From Octopus bimaculoides (lineage: Eukaryota), in contig NC_068981.1 in NCBI RefSeq assembly GCF_001194135.2, positions 63,082,623 through 63,118,366 of the forward strand: a stretch of 35,744 bases of DNA, given 5' to 3'. The stretch's first letter is position 1. Each line of letters begins with the position of its first letter. The position numbers and the translations under genes were made by a program. Shown in pieces: positions 1-10,721 of the stretch. The notes beneath the pieces were generated by a model. It was given only the letters and a program-made list of their open reading frames with translations, was not told where the DNA came from and made no database searches.

Positions 1-900
1 TCATATGCATACATCCAAAGATGTATGTATATTTATGCATGTACGTATACATGACAACAAACCTCTCTCTCTCACTCACACTCTGTCTCTTACAAACACA
101 CACATACATAAATGTATACAAACATATTTACATAGACTCACGTGTGTATGCGCGCGTGCGTGGGGGGTTCCATAATTGCCATTTATTTCAATTACTCTTG
201 TGAGGATATTTACGTAAATCATTTTTTTCATTTAATCCCAATTTTAATTTTCGTAAAAGTTTCCAAGTACCAATGAGGCTTTTTGGCACATCTTCAATTT
301 TTCCCATTCATGAGAGGCGCCCAGCCATCATTCATCTGAGAGTCCATCTACAGAATGTCCTCTCAAATTTCTATACAGCATATTTTGCCTTTTTTTCTTC
401 AAGTATATAAGCAACAATTTCATTCCCGAGCATCGCCGGGTGCCTCTGCTAGTACTACATATACACCGCTCTCTCACTCTGTCTCACACACATACACACG
501 CATACATACATCCAAAAATGATGGATGCATATGACAACACACCCCTTGACTCACTCACACTCTGTCTCTTACAAACACACACACATAAATATATACAAAC
601 ATATTTACAAAGACACACGTGTGTGTGCGCGGTGTGTGTGAGAGAGAGAGACAAACAGACAGAGCCAGTGAAGGGGTGTGTCGACAATTATACGTACATA
701 CATAAATAGTCATACATTTCTTGTACGTATGTGTGAGAGAGAGAGTGAGTGTCACTGAAACATCTCTCTGTCTGTCTCTCTCACACACACGTGCAGATAT
801 ACACACAGAAAAGATGTATGCATATGTATTTATGTATGTACGTAGACATCACAACACACCCCTTCACTCACACACATACAGAAACACACATGTGCCAAAA
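1..900. repeat. Composite CA/CT/TA microsatellite-rich unit in direct and inverted copies
   Basis: About 6-153 is repeated at about 497-630 (shared ctcactcacactctgtctcttacaaacacacaca). 668-681 and 854-867 are a perfect 14-bp inverted pair; 691-708 and 827-844 a perfect 18-bp inverted pair. Confidence 0.75.
169..452 (+). mobile_element. Non-autonomous Helitron-like element, 3' end (5' boundary uncertain)
   Basis: GC hairpin CCCG-AGCATCGC-CGGG (425-440) followed 8 nt later by CTAG (449-452) and a T, the canonical Helitron 3' terminus. Confidence 0.6.
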
Positions 901-1129
901 AAAATAAATAATAGAAAATTTATTTACGGAAATTAACGAAGTGTGCGAGTTCAGAACGAAATCAAACCTGGAGTGTGTGAATGAGAGAGAGAGAAAGAAT
1001 ATATGAAATGAACATTGAACGCCCCAAAATCGTATAAATAAAAGCACGTTAAAAACTATCTTGTACGGAATATTGAAATTTATGAACTTCGTAAATATGT
1101 GTTTCAGTAATTGATCGTAGTAGAGGGTG

Positions 1130-1340
1130 AGAGACGTCGCCGTTTTTTCACGTCCGTACCGGAAGTTGACATTGAGAAACCTTTTTAAAGAAGTGAATCT
1201 TAAATATAAAGCAATATTATTTATTTTTAATTAGAGATAAAAAAAAATCAAATGAAGAGCCTAAGATTTATCCGAGGTCAAATTATTTATATATCACAAG
1301 TATGGAAGTAAATAGTGAAGCCGTTTTCACGTGAAAAGCG
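1130..1340 (+). promoter_or_regulatory. Probable promoter / first-exon region of the PH-domain gene
   Basis: Local CpG enrichment in AT-rich DNA, ETS-type CCGGAAGT (1159-1166), and E-box CACGTG (1328-1333) within the palindrome TTTTCACGTGAAAA (1324-1337). Lies upstream of the first confident coding exon. Confidence 0.45.
1302..1307 (+). CDS. Candidate start exon end (ATG GAA | gtaaat), giving ME-KETKSP
   Basis: Phase-0 donor compatible with exon 7806. An upstream ATG (MKSLRFIRGQIIYISQ) with donor caa|gtatgg fits equally well, so this is unresolved. Confidence 0.25.
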
Positions 1341-1924
1341 ATTACACACACACCTCTGTTTTATATATAGTATAGATCTAGATAAGTGTTATATATATAC
1401 AAAGTGTTATATATATATATATATGATGTCAGTAGATCATATATCTGAAAAAGAAGCACTCTGTGATTGGCCATATAATTAACTTCCAGTAATTATTTAT
1501 ACATATATGTATATACATGTACATACATGTGCACATTCAGTCAATGTTTCTTCTAAATTTATTTATACTTAGACGGATGTGCACTAAGTTTTAACACACA
1601 ACTATGTCCACTTATTCATAGGCACTGATGCATATATCCTTAATACCTACACCAACTAATATTTTCTTATACACACTTCATATACCATTTCTCTCTTTCA
1701 CTCTCTATTACTTTCTTATATTCATATTCACATACGTATAACTATACATACTCTCTTTTGTACTCTGACTCTTTCTGTCTCCCCCTTTCTATCTCTTACA
1801 TGCAAAGAAATTTTTCATAAAATACACATCCTCTTTCATGCATTCATTTGCCTTCATGTGGCAATACATTCATATTCTCTCAGGTATATATGTAAAACAT
1901 TTCACAAAATAAATTTACGTTGGT

Positions 1925-2309
1925 ACAGGAGTGGCTGTGTGGTAAGTAGCTTGCTTACCAACCACATGGTTCTAGGTTAAGTCGCACTGCGTGACACCTT
2001 GGACAAGTGTCTTCTACTATAGCCTTGTGAGGGGATTTGGTAGATGGAAACTGAAAGAAGCCCATCGTGTATGTGTGTGTGTGTGTGTGTTTGTTATTTG
2101 TGTCTGTGTTTGTCCCTCCAGCATCACTTGACAACCGATGTTGGTGTGTTTACTTCCCTATCACTTAGCGGTTTGTCAAAAAGAGATCGATAGAATAAGT
2201 ACTAGGCTTACAAAGAATATGTCCTGGAGTCAATTTGTTCGACTAAATGCGGTGCTCCAGCATGGTCACAGACAAATGACTGAAACAAGTAAAAGAATAA
2301 AAGAATAGA
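1925..2309 (+). mobile_element. tRNA-derived SINE, family A (abundant, internal GT/TA microsatellite)
   Basis: Head caggagtggctgtgtggtaag, caccttggacaagtgtcttc core-like block, tail gactgaaacaagtaaaagaataa; many copies in the window. Confidence 0.9.
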
Positions 2310-2489
2310 ATGTTTATGGGAAAATCTGATCCTTGTTGTCTGGCAAGGAAGACAGCTACAAACATATTTAAGTCTTACTCTACCTCATCAACATAGCATA
2401 ATCTAATCACATGCACTTTGATCAGCTCACAGTTGTTTCACTTATAAAAAATGAGTAGCCAAGGTTTTTGGACAGTTATAATTTAAGTA

Positions 2490-2825
2490 GTGGCCGTTGC
2501 CAGTACTGCCTGACTGGCCTTTGTAGGATTTTCGAGCGAGATCGTTGCCAGTGCCCCTGGACTGGCTCTTGTGTGGGTGGCACATAAAATACACCATTTT
2601 GAGCGTGGCTGTTGTCAGTACCGCCTGACTGGCCTTCGTGCCGGTGGCACGTAAAAGCATCCACTACATTGTCTGAGTGGTTGGCGTTAGGAAGGGCATC
2701 CAGCTGTAGAAACTCTGCCAAATCAGATTGGAGCCTGGTGTTGCCATCCGGTTTCACCAGTCCTCAGTCAAATCGTCCAACCCATGCTAGCATGAAAAGC
2801 GGACGTTAAACGATGATGATGATGA
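2490..2825 (+). mobile_element. RTE-type LINE 3' UTR fragment with (GAT)n tail
   Basis: Homologous to the 3' end of the RT-bearing copies at 12483-13735 and 16050-16790; ends ggacgttaaacgatgatgatgatg. Confidence 0.85.
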
Positions 2826-2966
2826 ATATAATTAGCTGATGAGGTCTAATATAATTGACACAAGTCCCTCGCTGTTTTTTTTGCCAGCAAATGTTGGATT
2901 ATTCTTACAGCGTATAAATTAATTTTATGAGATTATCTCCCTTTTCCTCTCAGTCATTATCAATTA

Positions 2967-3190
2967 TTGTTTTACTCATTTCACTTATTAGACTGTGGCC
3001 ATGCTGGGGCACCACCTTGAATTTTTAGTTGAATGAATCGACCCCAGTACTTGTATTTTTTTAAAAGTCTGATATGTATTTTATTAATCTCTTTTGCTGA
3101 ACTGTTAAGTTACAGGGATATGAATACACTAGCACTGGATTGTCAAGTGGTGATAGAGGGACAAACACAGACACAAAGACACACACACAG
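2967..3190 (-). mobile_element. SINE family A, 3' half
   Basis: Reverse complement of the family A tail (gactgtggccatgctggggcacc). Confidence 0.8.
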
Positions 3191-3338
3191 ATCATCATCG
3201 TCGTTTTAACGTCCGTTTTCAATGCTGGCATGGGTTGGATGGTTTGACTGAGGACTGGCAAGCCAGGAGGCTGCATCAGGCACCAGTCTGATCTGGCAAG
3301 GCTTCTACAGCTGGATGCCCTTCCTAACACCAACCATG
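3191..3338 (-). mobile_element. RTE LINE 3' tip
   Basis: atcatcatcgtcgttttaacgtccg..ctggatgcccttcctaacacc is the reverse complement of the RTE 3' end. Confidence 0.85.
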
Positions 3339-3717
3339 AATGTCCTAATTCATCTAAATTCATACCATTGATCTATTTTAGTTATTTCCCTTAGTTCATT
3401 TTTTTTTTTTTTTCTAATTATGCAAATTATAACCTGTCAGAAAGCTTTTTCTGTTTCTTTCTGTAGAAAATTACTGTTGACTGATCAAAGCAATATAAGC
3501 ATCAAAGCCATGTTCTGCTAAGTAAATATGATCCTATAGCTCTAATCAATATTTACACTTAGTGCTTTACTTGCTTCCAACATCTTTGAATGATTGCCTT
3601 TGTTGAAGTTACAGGCATAACATAACTGTGTGCTGTATTTCGGTGCTGGAATTTTTTTTTATTACTAACCAGATAATTCAATGCAGTTTAATCATCATTG
3701 TTGTTGTCATCATCATC

Positions 3718-3926
3718 CTTTCTACTGGAAGCATAAGGCCTCAAATTTGGGGGAAGGGATAAAGTTGATTACATTGATCCCCAGTGGGTAACGGGTACTA
3801 ATTTTATCGACCCCCGAAAGGATGAAAGGCAAAGTTGATCTTGGTGGAATTTGAACTCAGAATGTGAAGACGGATGAAATACCGCAAAGCATTTTGCCCG
3901 ATGTGCTAACAATTCTGCCAGTTCAC
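3718..3926 (-). mobile_element. tRNA-derived SINE, family B
   Basis: Reverse complement of the aggcggcgagctggcagaa..gagttcaaattcc..ctttgcctttcatcctttcggggtcgata family seen at 25369. Confidence 0.85.
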
Positions 3927-4499
3927 CAAGTCAGTTGTGATTGGGCATACCTGTTGTATTAAAGTTACTGACTGACTTTGTTGAACTAGATTACATATTT
4001 TCCCTATCACCGTAAAATTAAGAGTAAGATTTATACCAGTAATCTATCCTGATACCTTTAGGTGTTTGTTTTTTTACATTTTATTTTTATTCAGTTATTT
4101 ATTTTTAATAGAAGAAACCAGTTACTTTCTTGTGAAGATTTGCTTTTGTTTGCTGGCTTTCTTTTTTCCCTTCTGTAAGAATATGCAGCTTGGTTGGTTC
4201 TCTAAAACTAAACAAAACTTGGGCATTTTTTTAAGGCATTTAAAAAAAAAATTGTTTAGTCAGAGGAGAATGGGCAGCATATCCTTGAATCTTTTCAAGG
4301 CCTCTGAGATTGGTGAAAGAAAGTGGAGGAGTTATTCCCAAACTAGAGGCCTGGCTTGAATTCTTGCAGTGTAACAGAATTCAAACATACCGGAGGCCTT
4401 TAATAGAATGGTCGTTTTAAACTGAAAGATGAATTAAGTCCATAACTAAAGAAAATAATGGTCCCTCTGACAGGCTACAAAACATTTTCTGTTGAACAA

Positions 4500-4630
4500 A
4501 ATTTTACTCACAAGAGTTTGGTTGACCTAAGGTTGTGATAGAACTCATTTGCCTGTGATCCATGCTGTTGGATTAAACCTAAAAGTATGTGATTGTAAAG
4601 TGAACTTCTTAACTACCCAGCCATTCCTGA
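4500..4630 (-). mobile_element. SINE family A, degenerate 5' part
   Basis: actcacaagagtttggttgacc..cagccattcctg matches the family A head in reverse. Confidence 0.7.
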
Positions 4631-4882
4631 GTCCATGAATAGATTCATGGATTCTGCATCATCATTTAACCAACTTGATCAGGGTTTATTTGGAACTTGA
4701 CAACAACTGATTTTTAGATGCAGATTTAGCTATAGATTACTTGTATTTGTCTCCACTTATCCATGATTATTCAACACTTTGTCCACCAATCTTCAACCGT
4801 TTACTTCCTCACTATTTATACTTCTTGTTTTATTCGCATTTATTTATTTCATCCAAACTGTTACTTGAGCTTATTTCATGTA

Positions 4883-6279
4883 CTAGATTGAGTCAAAAGT
4901 TTCTTCCTTCGGATTTTCACTGGTGATTCTTGACAACTTGTATTTCTGTGTTATATAATTAATTTCATACAACTTGTTCACTGATTGATTTCTTTATTTT
5001 CACATATATAATCATCAATTTTTTCTTCTTTTGTTATATTTTGGGAGGGTCATTTTTCTTTTTTTTCCTTACCAAATAAACACATGTGCTATATATTTGT
5101 TCTACACTCATTTATTATTGTTCTTATTTTATCTTATGTCCACTGTCTGGAAATCATTTGTCACATAACAGACCTCTTCAGTGACTTTTCCATCCCATGT
5201 GTATCCTCCTGTTCTGTTAAGTCCATTTTACTCCATGAGTAGTGGAAAAATTACAATTAGAACCATTTTACTCTACTTGTAGAAAAAAAGAGTACTAGGA
5301 TAGCGGCAAAAGAAATTATTGACTGTCAATGAATGTGTGGCACCAAACTGCTTCAGACATTTCACTGAAGGTGACACTAGCCTTGAAGACAAACTAAGGT
5401 TAGGAAGACCTTCTGTTGTGGAAGATGAGACCTTGCTTGAAATGGTTAAACAACAGCAAAGCACAAGCTAAAAGCACCATCAATCAACACCTACATAATC
5501 TTGGTCTTGTGAACAGAAGCTATTGAGAAGCTCCTCATGAACTGACCAATGACCAAGCTCAATGGCTTATGAACATTAGCAAACAGTTGTTGGCAAATCC
5601 TTAAGATGTTCATTTCTGGCTTCAAATTGTAACTATGGATGAAAAATGGACCTGTTTTAGTAATCCTAATAAGAGAAATCAGTAACTTCATTCCATTCAG
5701 GCTTCAGAACCTGTTGTCAAACAAGGGCAGTTTGAAGAGGAGGTCATGTGTGTTTGGTAGAATTTCAAGGAGGCGTTACACTTTGAGCTTGTCCCAGGTG
5801 GTCATACCATGAATGCTGTCTTTTATGCTCAATGACTGCAATGAGTATATGATGCTTTGATAGCCAGCTACCTGGCATTGGTCAGTTGAAGATACACACT
5901 CCTGCAGGATGATAATGCACTAGCACATGCTGTCAATGTGACCAGAATCAAACTTGAGGGGCTGGAAGTACTGCCTCACCCTGTCGATAGTCCAGATCTT
6001 GCACCATCAAATTACCTCCTTTTCTGAATCAGGGCTCACTTCCTGCATAGATGGAAGTTCAACAATGTGGATGAGGTTGAAAATGGGTGCGGAAAGTTTT
6101 TTGCCTCTAAACCAACCAAAGGGTATAAGGGTGGAATTGAGATTCTGACACAATGATGGCAACAGACAATAGAATATGATGGGATATATTTTGATGAATA
6201 AATGCTTTTCATATGTAATTTGTTTGAACTACTAATTAAAATTTAAAATATAAAAAAAACAACTTATGACTCAACTTGG
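4883..6279 (+). mobile_element. Full-length decayed mariner (Tc1/mariner, DD34D-type) transposon
   Basis: TA on both sides. Imperfect TIRs: ctagattgagtcaaaagtttctt versus reverse complement ccaagttgagtcataagttgttt (17/23). About 1.4 kb. Confidence 0.88.
5235..6201 (+). pseudogene. Mariner transposase pseudogene
   Basis: Motifs across stops and frameshifts: SLEDKLRLGRPS (HTH linker), APHELT (WVPHEL), IVTMDEKW, QDDNALAH, LPHPVDSPDLAPSNYLLF, GIYFDE*. Confidence 0.92.
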
Positions 6280-6774
6280 TATTTACATAGTTTCAGTTAC
6301 CCCCACTATAACAGAAAACTATTACACGTAATTAGCTGGTTATTGCTGTTTAAATTCAGGTCAGCTTTCACTTAACAAATCTACTATTAAAAGTATTTCA
6401 TCTTTTTCATCAGATGAATTTTATCTGATCATTCAATGTGTCCTTTTTTTTTTAATTCTAAAGAGTGGTGTGTGATTTGAGAGAGATTGACTACTACTTT
6501 CAGCAGGTTAAATAACCATATAGAAGTCCATTCACTGGCTGAGGTAGTTGTCAAAGAACTAGAGACACTTGCTTTATTTGATTTTTTTTATGAAAGACAA
6601 ACATGTAGTATTGGTTCAATATGGTTTTCAGTGTTTATTTCAAGTGCCAAAGAAAAACAGAATGTTTTTACATACACAGCCAATATTTAGGTTTGTCAAA
6701 TAGCTAATGAGAAGACAGCAGTCTGCACATAGTCAGGTGAAAAGATGACTCTATATTAAGCAATCTTTTAGCTC

Positions 6775-7092
6775 TTGCTTGTTTCAGTCATTGGATTGTG
6801 ACCATGCTGAGGCACTGCCTTGATAGGTCTAGTCAAACAAATTAACTCCAGTTCTTTATTTTTTAAGTCTGGTACTTATTCTACCATTCCCTTTTGCCAA
6901 ACAGCCAAGTTGTAAGGACGTAAACAAATTAATACCAGCAATGATATGGAGATGGATAGATATATACACACATTTACACATACATACAAACATACATAAG
7001 TGTTTGCCCAAGATACTGCCCAATGGGATTGAACCTGAAACCATATGATTGCAAAGCTAGCTTCTTAACCACACAACCATGCCTGTGCCTTA
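6775..7092 (-). mobile_element. SINE family A
   Basis: Tail gtttcagtcattggattgtgaccatgc through head aaccacacaaccatgcctgtgcc, reverse orientation. Confidence 0.8.
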
Positions 7093-7264
7093 TACAAAAG
7101 AAAAAAAAAATAAACACCAAAAATACATACCTTGACATGTAGCGGGATGTAATGTGGCAGTCGGGACCTGATGAGTTTACTCTGCTGTCTAATCTTCTCA
7201 TGTACATTTGCTTTTAGCCTTCAATTCAGCCATATCTGAGAAGCTCTATGATCAAACTTCCTTC

Positions 7265-7562
7265 CTTCTTCCTGCTGGTCTTGGTCTGGCTCTCTGTCAA
7301 TTACGAGTGTTCCAGTTGACTTCACCAGAAGAACAGCCTACCCAAGAAGTTAGCGTGCAAGTGGCTGAGCACTCCACAGATACACTTACCTTTAACGTTG
7401 TTCTCAGGGAAATTCAGCCTGACACAGGATGTGACAAGGCTGGACCCTTCAAATACGGGTACAACCCATTTTTGCCAGCTGAATGGACTGTAGTAATGAG
7501 AAATAAAGTGTCTTGTTTAAGGACACAATATGCTGCCTGGAATCAAACTGATGACCTTATGT
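7265..7562 (-). mobile_element. tRNA-derived SINE, family C
   Basis: Reverse complement aligns colinearly with 8580-8846 (tgtgtcc..caagacactttattt..cagctggcaaaaatg..gccttgtcaca..cacttgcacg). Confidence 0.85.
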
Positions 7563-7805
7563 TTGAAAGTCAAATACCCCACCCATTAAACCCACATGCC
7601 TTTTTAGAGGCCTTTAAAAATTTAAAGGCTTGTCCCTGATAGAACCTATTAAAAAAACAAAGCAGCATAAAAGAACAAAAGCTGATCAAATACCATAATA
7701 GCTTAAGAAAATTAAATTAAAGGTGGTGGTGTTGGTAGTAGTGGTGGTGGTGCTGCTGCTGCTGTTGATGATGATGACAATGATATTTTTTTACTTCTTT
7801 TGCAG

Positions 7806-7913
7806 AAAGAAACAAAATCTCCAGATATATTCAATTCTGAAGAAATTTACAATTTTGCCATTATTCTATACCAGAATGGTTTTAGTCAGCCAGGCACAAT
7901 GTGTTGTATGCAG
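7806..7913 (+). CDS. PH-domain protein, coding exon A (KETKSPDIFNSEEIYNFAIILYQNGFSQPGTMCCMQ)
   Basis: Acceptor ttacttcttttgcag, donor cag|gtgagt, 108 nt, phase 0-0, open and in frame with the next exon. Confidence 0.85.
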
Positions 7914-8539
7914 GTGAGTTTGAAATCCTCCTCCTCATCCTTTCTCTCCTACCCTTCCCCTTCTTCTATATCTCCTCCTCCTGATCCTGCTCTTCCTCTT
8001 CACCATCATCATTAATTAAAGTTACCCCATGGATGCAAGACACGATTATATCAATATATGTTGGCTTGAAAGATTTCATAAAAACAACCCAGGACTTCTA
8101 ATTATTGCAAACAACAATGTACTTTCAAGAATGAACAAGAATTTATAAGAATCAGACCCATCATCAAAGAACATTAACCCCAATAGTTTCGGTGTCTAAA
8201 AAGAGGATGCCAGCCTCAAAATTACCCAAAGAGATCCTGTAATTACACAAGGTTACCGCTAAACTGGAGTGCACCTAAGTTATTATTACGCTCAGTTTCT
8301 TGAAATTCTCAGCAAAAAGCCAAAAAGAGGAAAATCTATGTCAGACCTAATTTTCTGCAAGTAGATTTACTTCTCTTCTGTAAGAGATAAGCCTAATTGA
8401 TTTCTATGTGACAAAGAAAGGAATTAGCTCTTGGTAAACGGGAATCAAATTTATGGATCTAGTGTCCCTATGTCTTTCTTTGCATGATGCACACCACCAT
8501 CGACCTGCCCTACCACTCTATTATAATACTCTCAAAGAA

Positions 8540-8846
8540 GGAGCATGGCTTAGTGGTTAGGGCATTCTGCTCACGATCGTAAGGTCGTGAGTTCGATTCC
8601 CGGCGACGTGTTGTGTCCTTGAGCAAGACACTTTATTTCATGTTGCTCCAGTCCACTCAGCTGGCAAAAATGAGTAGTACCTGTATTTCAAAGGGCCGGC
8701 CTTGTCACACTGAGTCTCCCCGAGAACTATGTTAGGGGTACACGTGTCTGTGGATTGTTCAGTCACTTGCACGTTAATTTCACGAGCAGGTTGTTCCGTT
8801 GATCGTATCAGCTGGGATCCTTGTCGTCATAACCGACGGAGTGCTC
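8540..8846 (+). mobile_element. tRNA-derived SINE, family C
   Basis: A box tggcttagtggttag, B box gttcgattcc, followed by a body shared with 7265-7562. Confidence 0.88.
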
Positions 8847-8989
8847 CTTTAATACTCTCATCACTCACCATTAACATGAGAGTTACTGTCATCGATGACA
8901 CATCATTGTCATCATCATCATTATCAGTATCTTCATCTAACTACCCTCAACATTACACATCATTGCTTAGTGCTTCCTCTACATAATTT

Positions 8990-9212
8990 GCTTACGGTGA
9001 GCCACTGCATAGCGCTAATCAGTCACGCAGCCTAGTGTCTGTAACTGAAGAGGAGATAACTATTCTGAAATGCATGAATCTCAGTCTAGATAGGTAGCAC
9101 TGCTTACTGATATAGGTGTATTAACATTTGTCTACAGCGAGAAAGTTTCTCCATGACAAAACAGTGAATGGCTTATTTACGAGTCCAAACATGCTAGAAG
9201 CATATTTCAAAT
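8990..9212 (+). mobile_element. Probable Penelope-like terminal repeat fragment
   Basis: CTGAAGA..GAAA hammerhead-like remnant (9045-9075) of the kind found in Penelope terminal repeats; family assignment is inferred. Confidence 0.4.
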
Positions 9213-9328
9213 TGTAATTACATTACATTTATACACATCACTGCTTAGTGCTCCCACTCTGTAATTATTATCATCATCCTCAACACCATCCAGTGACATT
9301 TGAGCAAAATATTTCTTTCCTTTTTCAG

Positions 9329-9424
9329 ATTGATTTTGCTGTTTCTGTTATTCATGTCATAATAAAATGCAGAACAAAGTGGAAAATTCCATTCCGATGC
9401 ATCAAAGAATTCTACAATGAGGCG
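9329..9424 (+). CDS. PH-domain protein, coding exon B (IDFAVSVIHVIIKCRTKWKIPFRCIKEFYNEA)
   Basis: Acceptor tttctttcctttttcag, donor gcg|gtatgt, 96 nt, phase 0-0. Confidence 0.85.
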
Positions 9425-10417
9425 GTATGTCCAAATCAACTAAATCCTTTAATTTGTTAAGGTTTATTCACCCGAATTTGTCTTGGTTGTCTCTCAATTT
9501 GATAACTTCAATATTTATAAGCATCTCATTTGTAACCTTATGCTTTCAAGATATTTTTGTTTCTTAATATGGGAGCTTAATGTGTCATTTCAAATATGTA
9601 AAAGAAACATTAGGATTAAATGAGGTTTTTGCCAAGGAACTAGCTACAGAATATAATAGAGTGTGAGGGGAACTGGTTTGGAACATAGAAGGAGCTTTTA
9701 GAGATAGAAATGATACAGACATGCCAGTTGCAAGGATAGGTTTCATTGCTTTAATGCCAAACACAAAGACTGTGCTGTCAAAGATAAGGGAAACATTCTG
9801 AAAGCAACAAAGCAAAAGCCATACATTGTGCCTTTGGTGGCAGAGATACAATTGGGCTAGAAAGACACCATACATATTCTACAGGACTGGGATAGATATG
9901 TGGGTTATGAATCCAAAACCTGTGTAGTGTTTCTGACACTACTTTAAGCTCCTTGGAGACAAGATGAAAACGGTGAGATTTTTCTACAACGCCTGCTTCA
10001 ACAATTTAATTTTGAGTTTCCCTTGCAAATGCAGAATGTTGTGAGAGATAGGATCTGAGTTACAAGGAATGCTGGGTGATGGCTGACCATGCAACCAGCA
10101 AGTCTCTTAGGCTAAATTGTCTACTCTGTAAATTATGATTATTTCTGGCAGGAAAAATTGTGATGATCTTTGGACACTACCTATCACAACCAGCAGCAGA
10201 TAGAGAGCATTGCTAATCATGTAAATAATTGTAATCATGAAATGGCATTGCTAAAAAATAAAAATCTTAGATTTTTGCTTCCATAATTCTGTTAAATTAA
10301 AAATTTCAGGGCTATTATTTGCCTTGTGCCTATAATAGAATATTATTATTTTTATTATTATTTCGTTTTGGGATTTGGTTTGCAAGATTCTTTATGTGAG
10401 TTGGTGTGTTGAAGCAT

Positions 10418-10628
10418 ATTTTGTTGTGTCAGGGGAGAGTCATTCTCTTTTAGTGACTTATTATTTAACAAACTCACCGATAAAGTTTCCACTCATTTAC
10501 TATTGAAAAGGTTGCAAGATGCAATGAAAATTTTAGGAAAAATAAATAAGTAGACAAGTGGAAACTTTACTGGTGTGTTAAATAATAAGGCACTAAAAGA
10601 GAATGACTCTCCCCAGACACAACAAAAT
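10418..10628. repeat. Fold-back inverted repeat (arms 10418-10493 and 10557-10628)
   Basis: The reverse complement of the right arm matches the left arm with a few substitutions and one small indel; 63-nt spacer. Confidence 0.92.
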
Positions 10629-10721
10629 TATTATTATTATTATTATTATTATTAGTAACTTTTCGTCACTGGGAAAAGGATATATATACTTGCATTGAGA
10701 ACCATTTCCCATCGCCAACCG

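Noticed and set aside
189-347. Minus-strand mini-ORF MDSQMNDGWAPLMNGKIEDVPK.. as a divergent gene exon
   Set aside because: Lies inside the Helitron-like element, has only a weak donor, and has no other support.
2745-2770. Antisense CUGAGGA-CUGGU-GAAA-CCGG in the RTE 3' UTR
   Set aside because: No stem II or cleavage triplet, and GAAA is not conserved in the other RTE copies.
2836-2875. CTGATGAG followed by a GTC..GAC stem; also CTGATGA at 7168, 7548, 28152 and 30359
   Set aside because: No correctly placed GAAA plus stem I and NUH site, so not hammerheads.
7208-7639. 143-aa ORF that looks protein-like and follows an acceptor-like ttttag
   Set aside because: Most of it is the antisense strand of a family C SINE (colinear with 8580-8846), and it does not fit the exon chain.
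8540-8615. tRNA gene
   Set aside because: A and B boxes are present but run into a SINE body with no complete acceptor stem; it is a SINE head.
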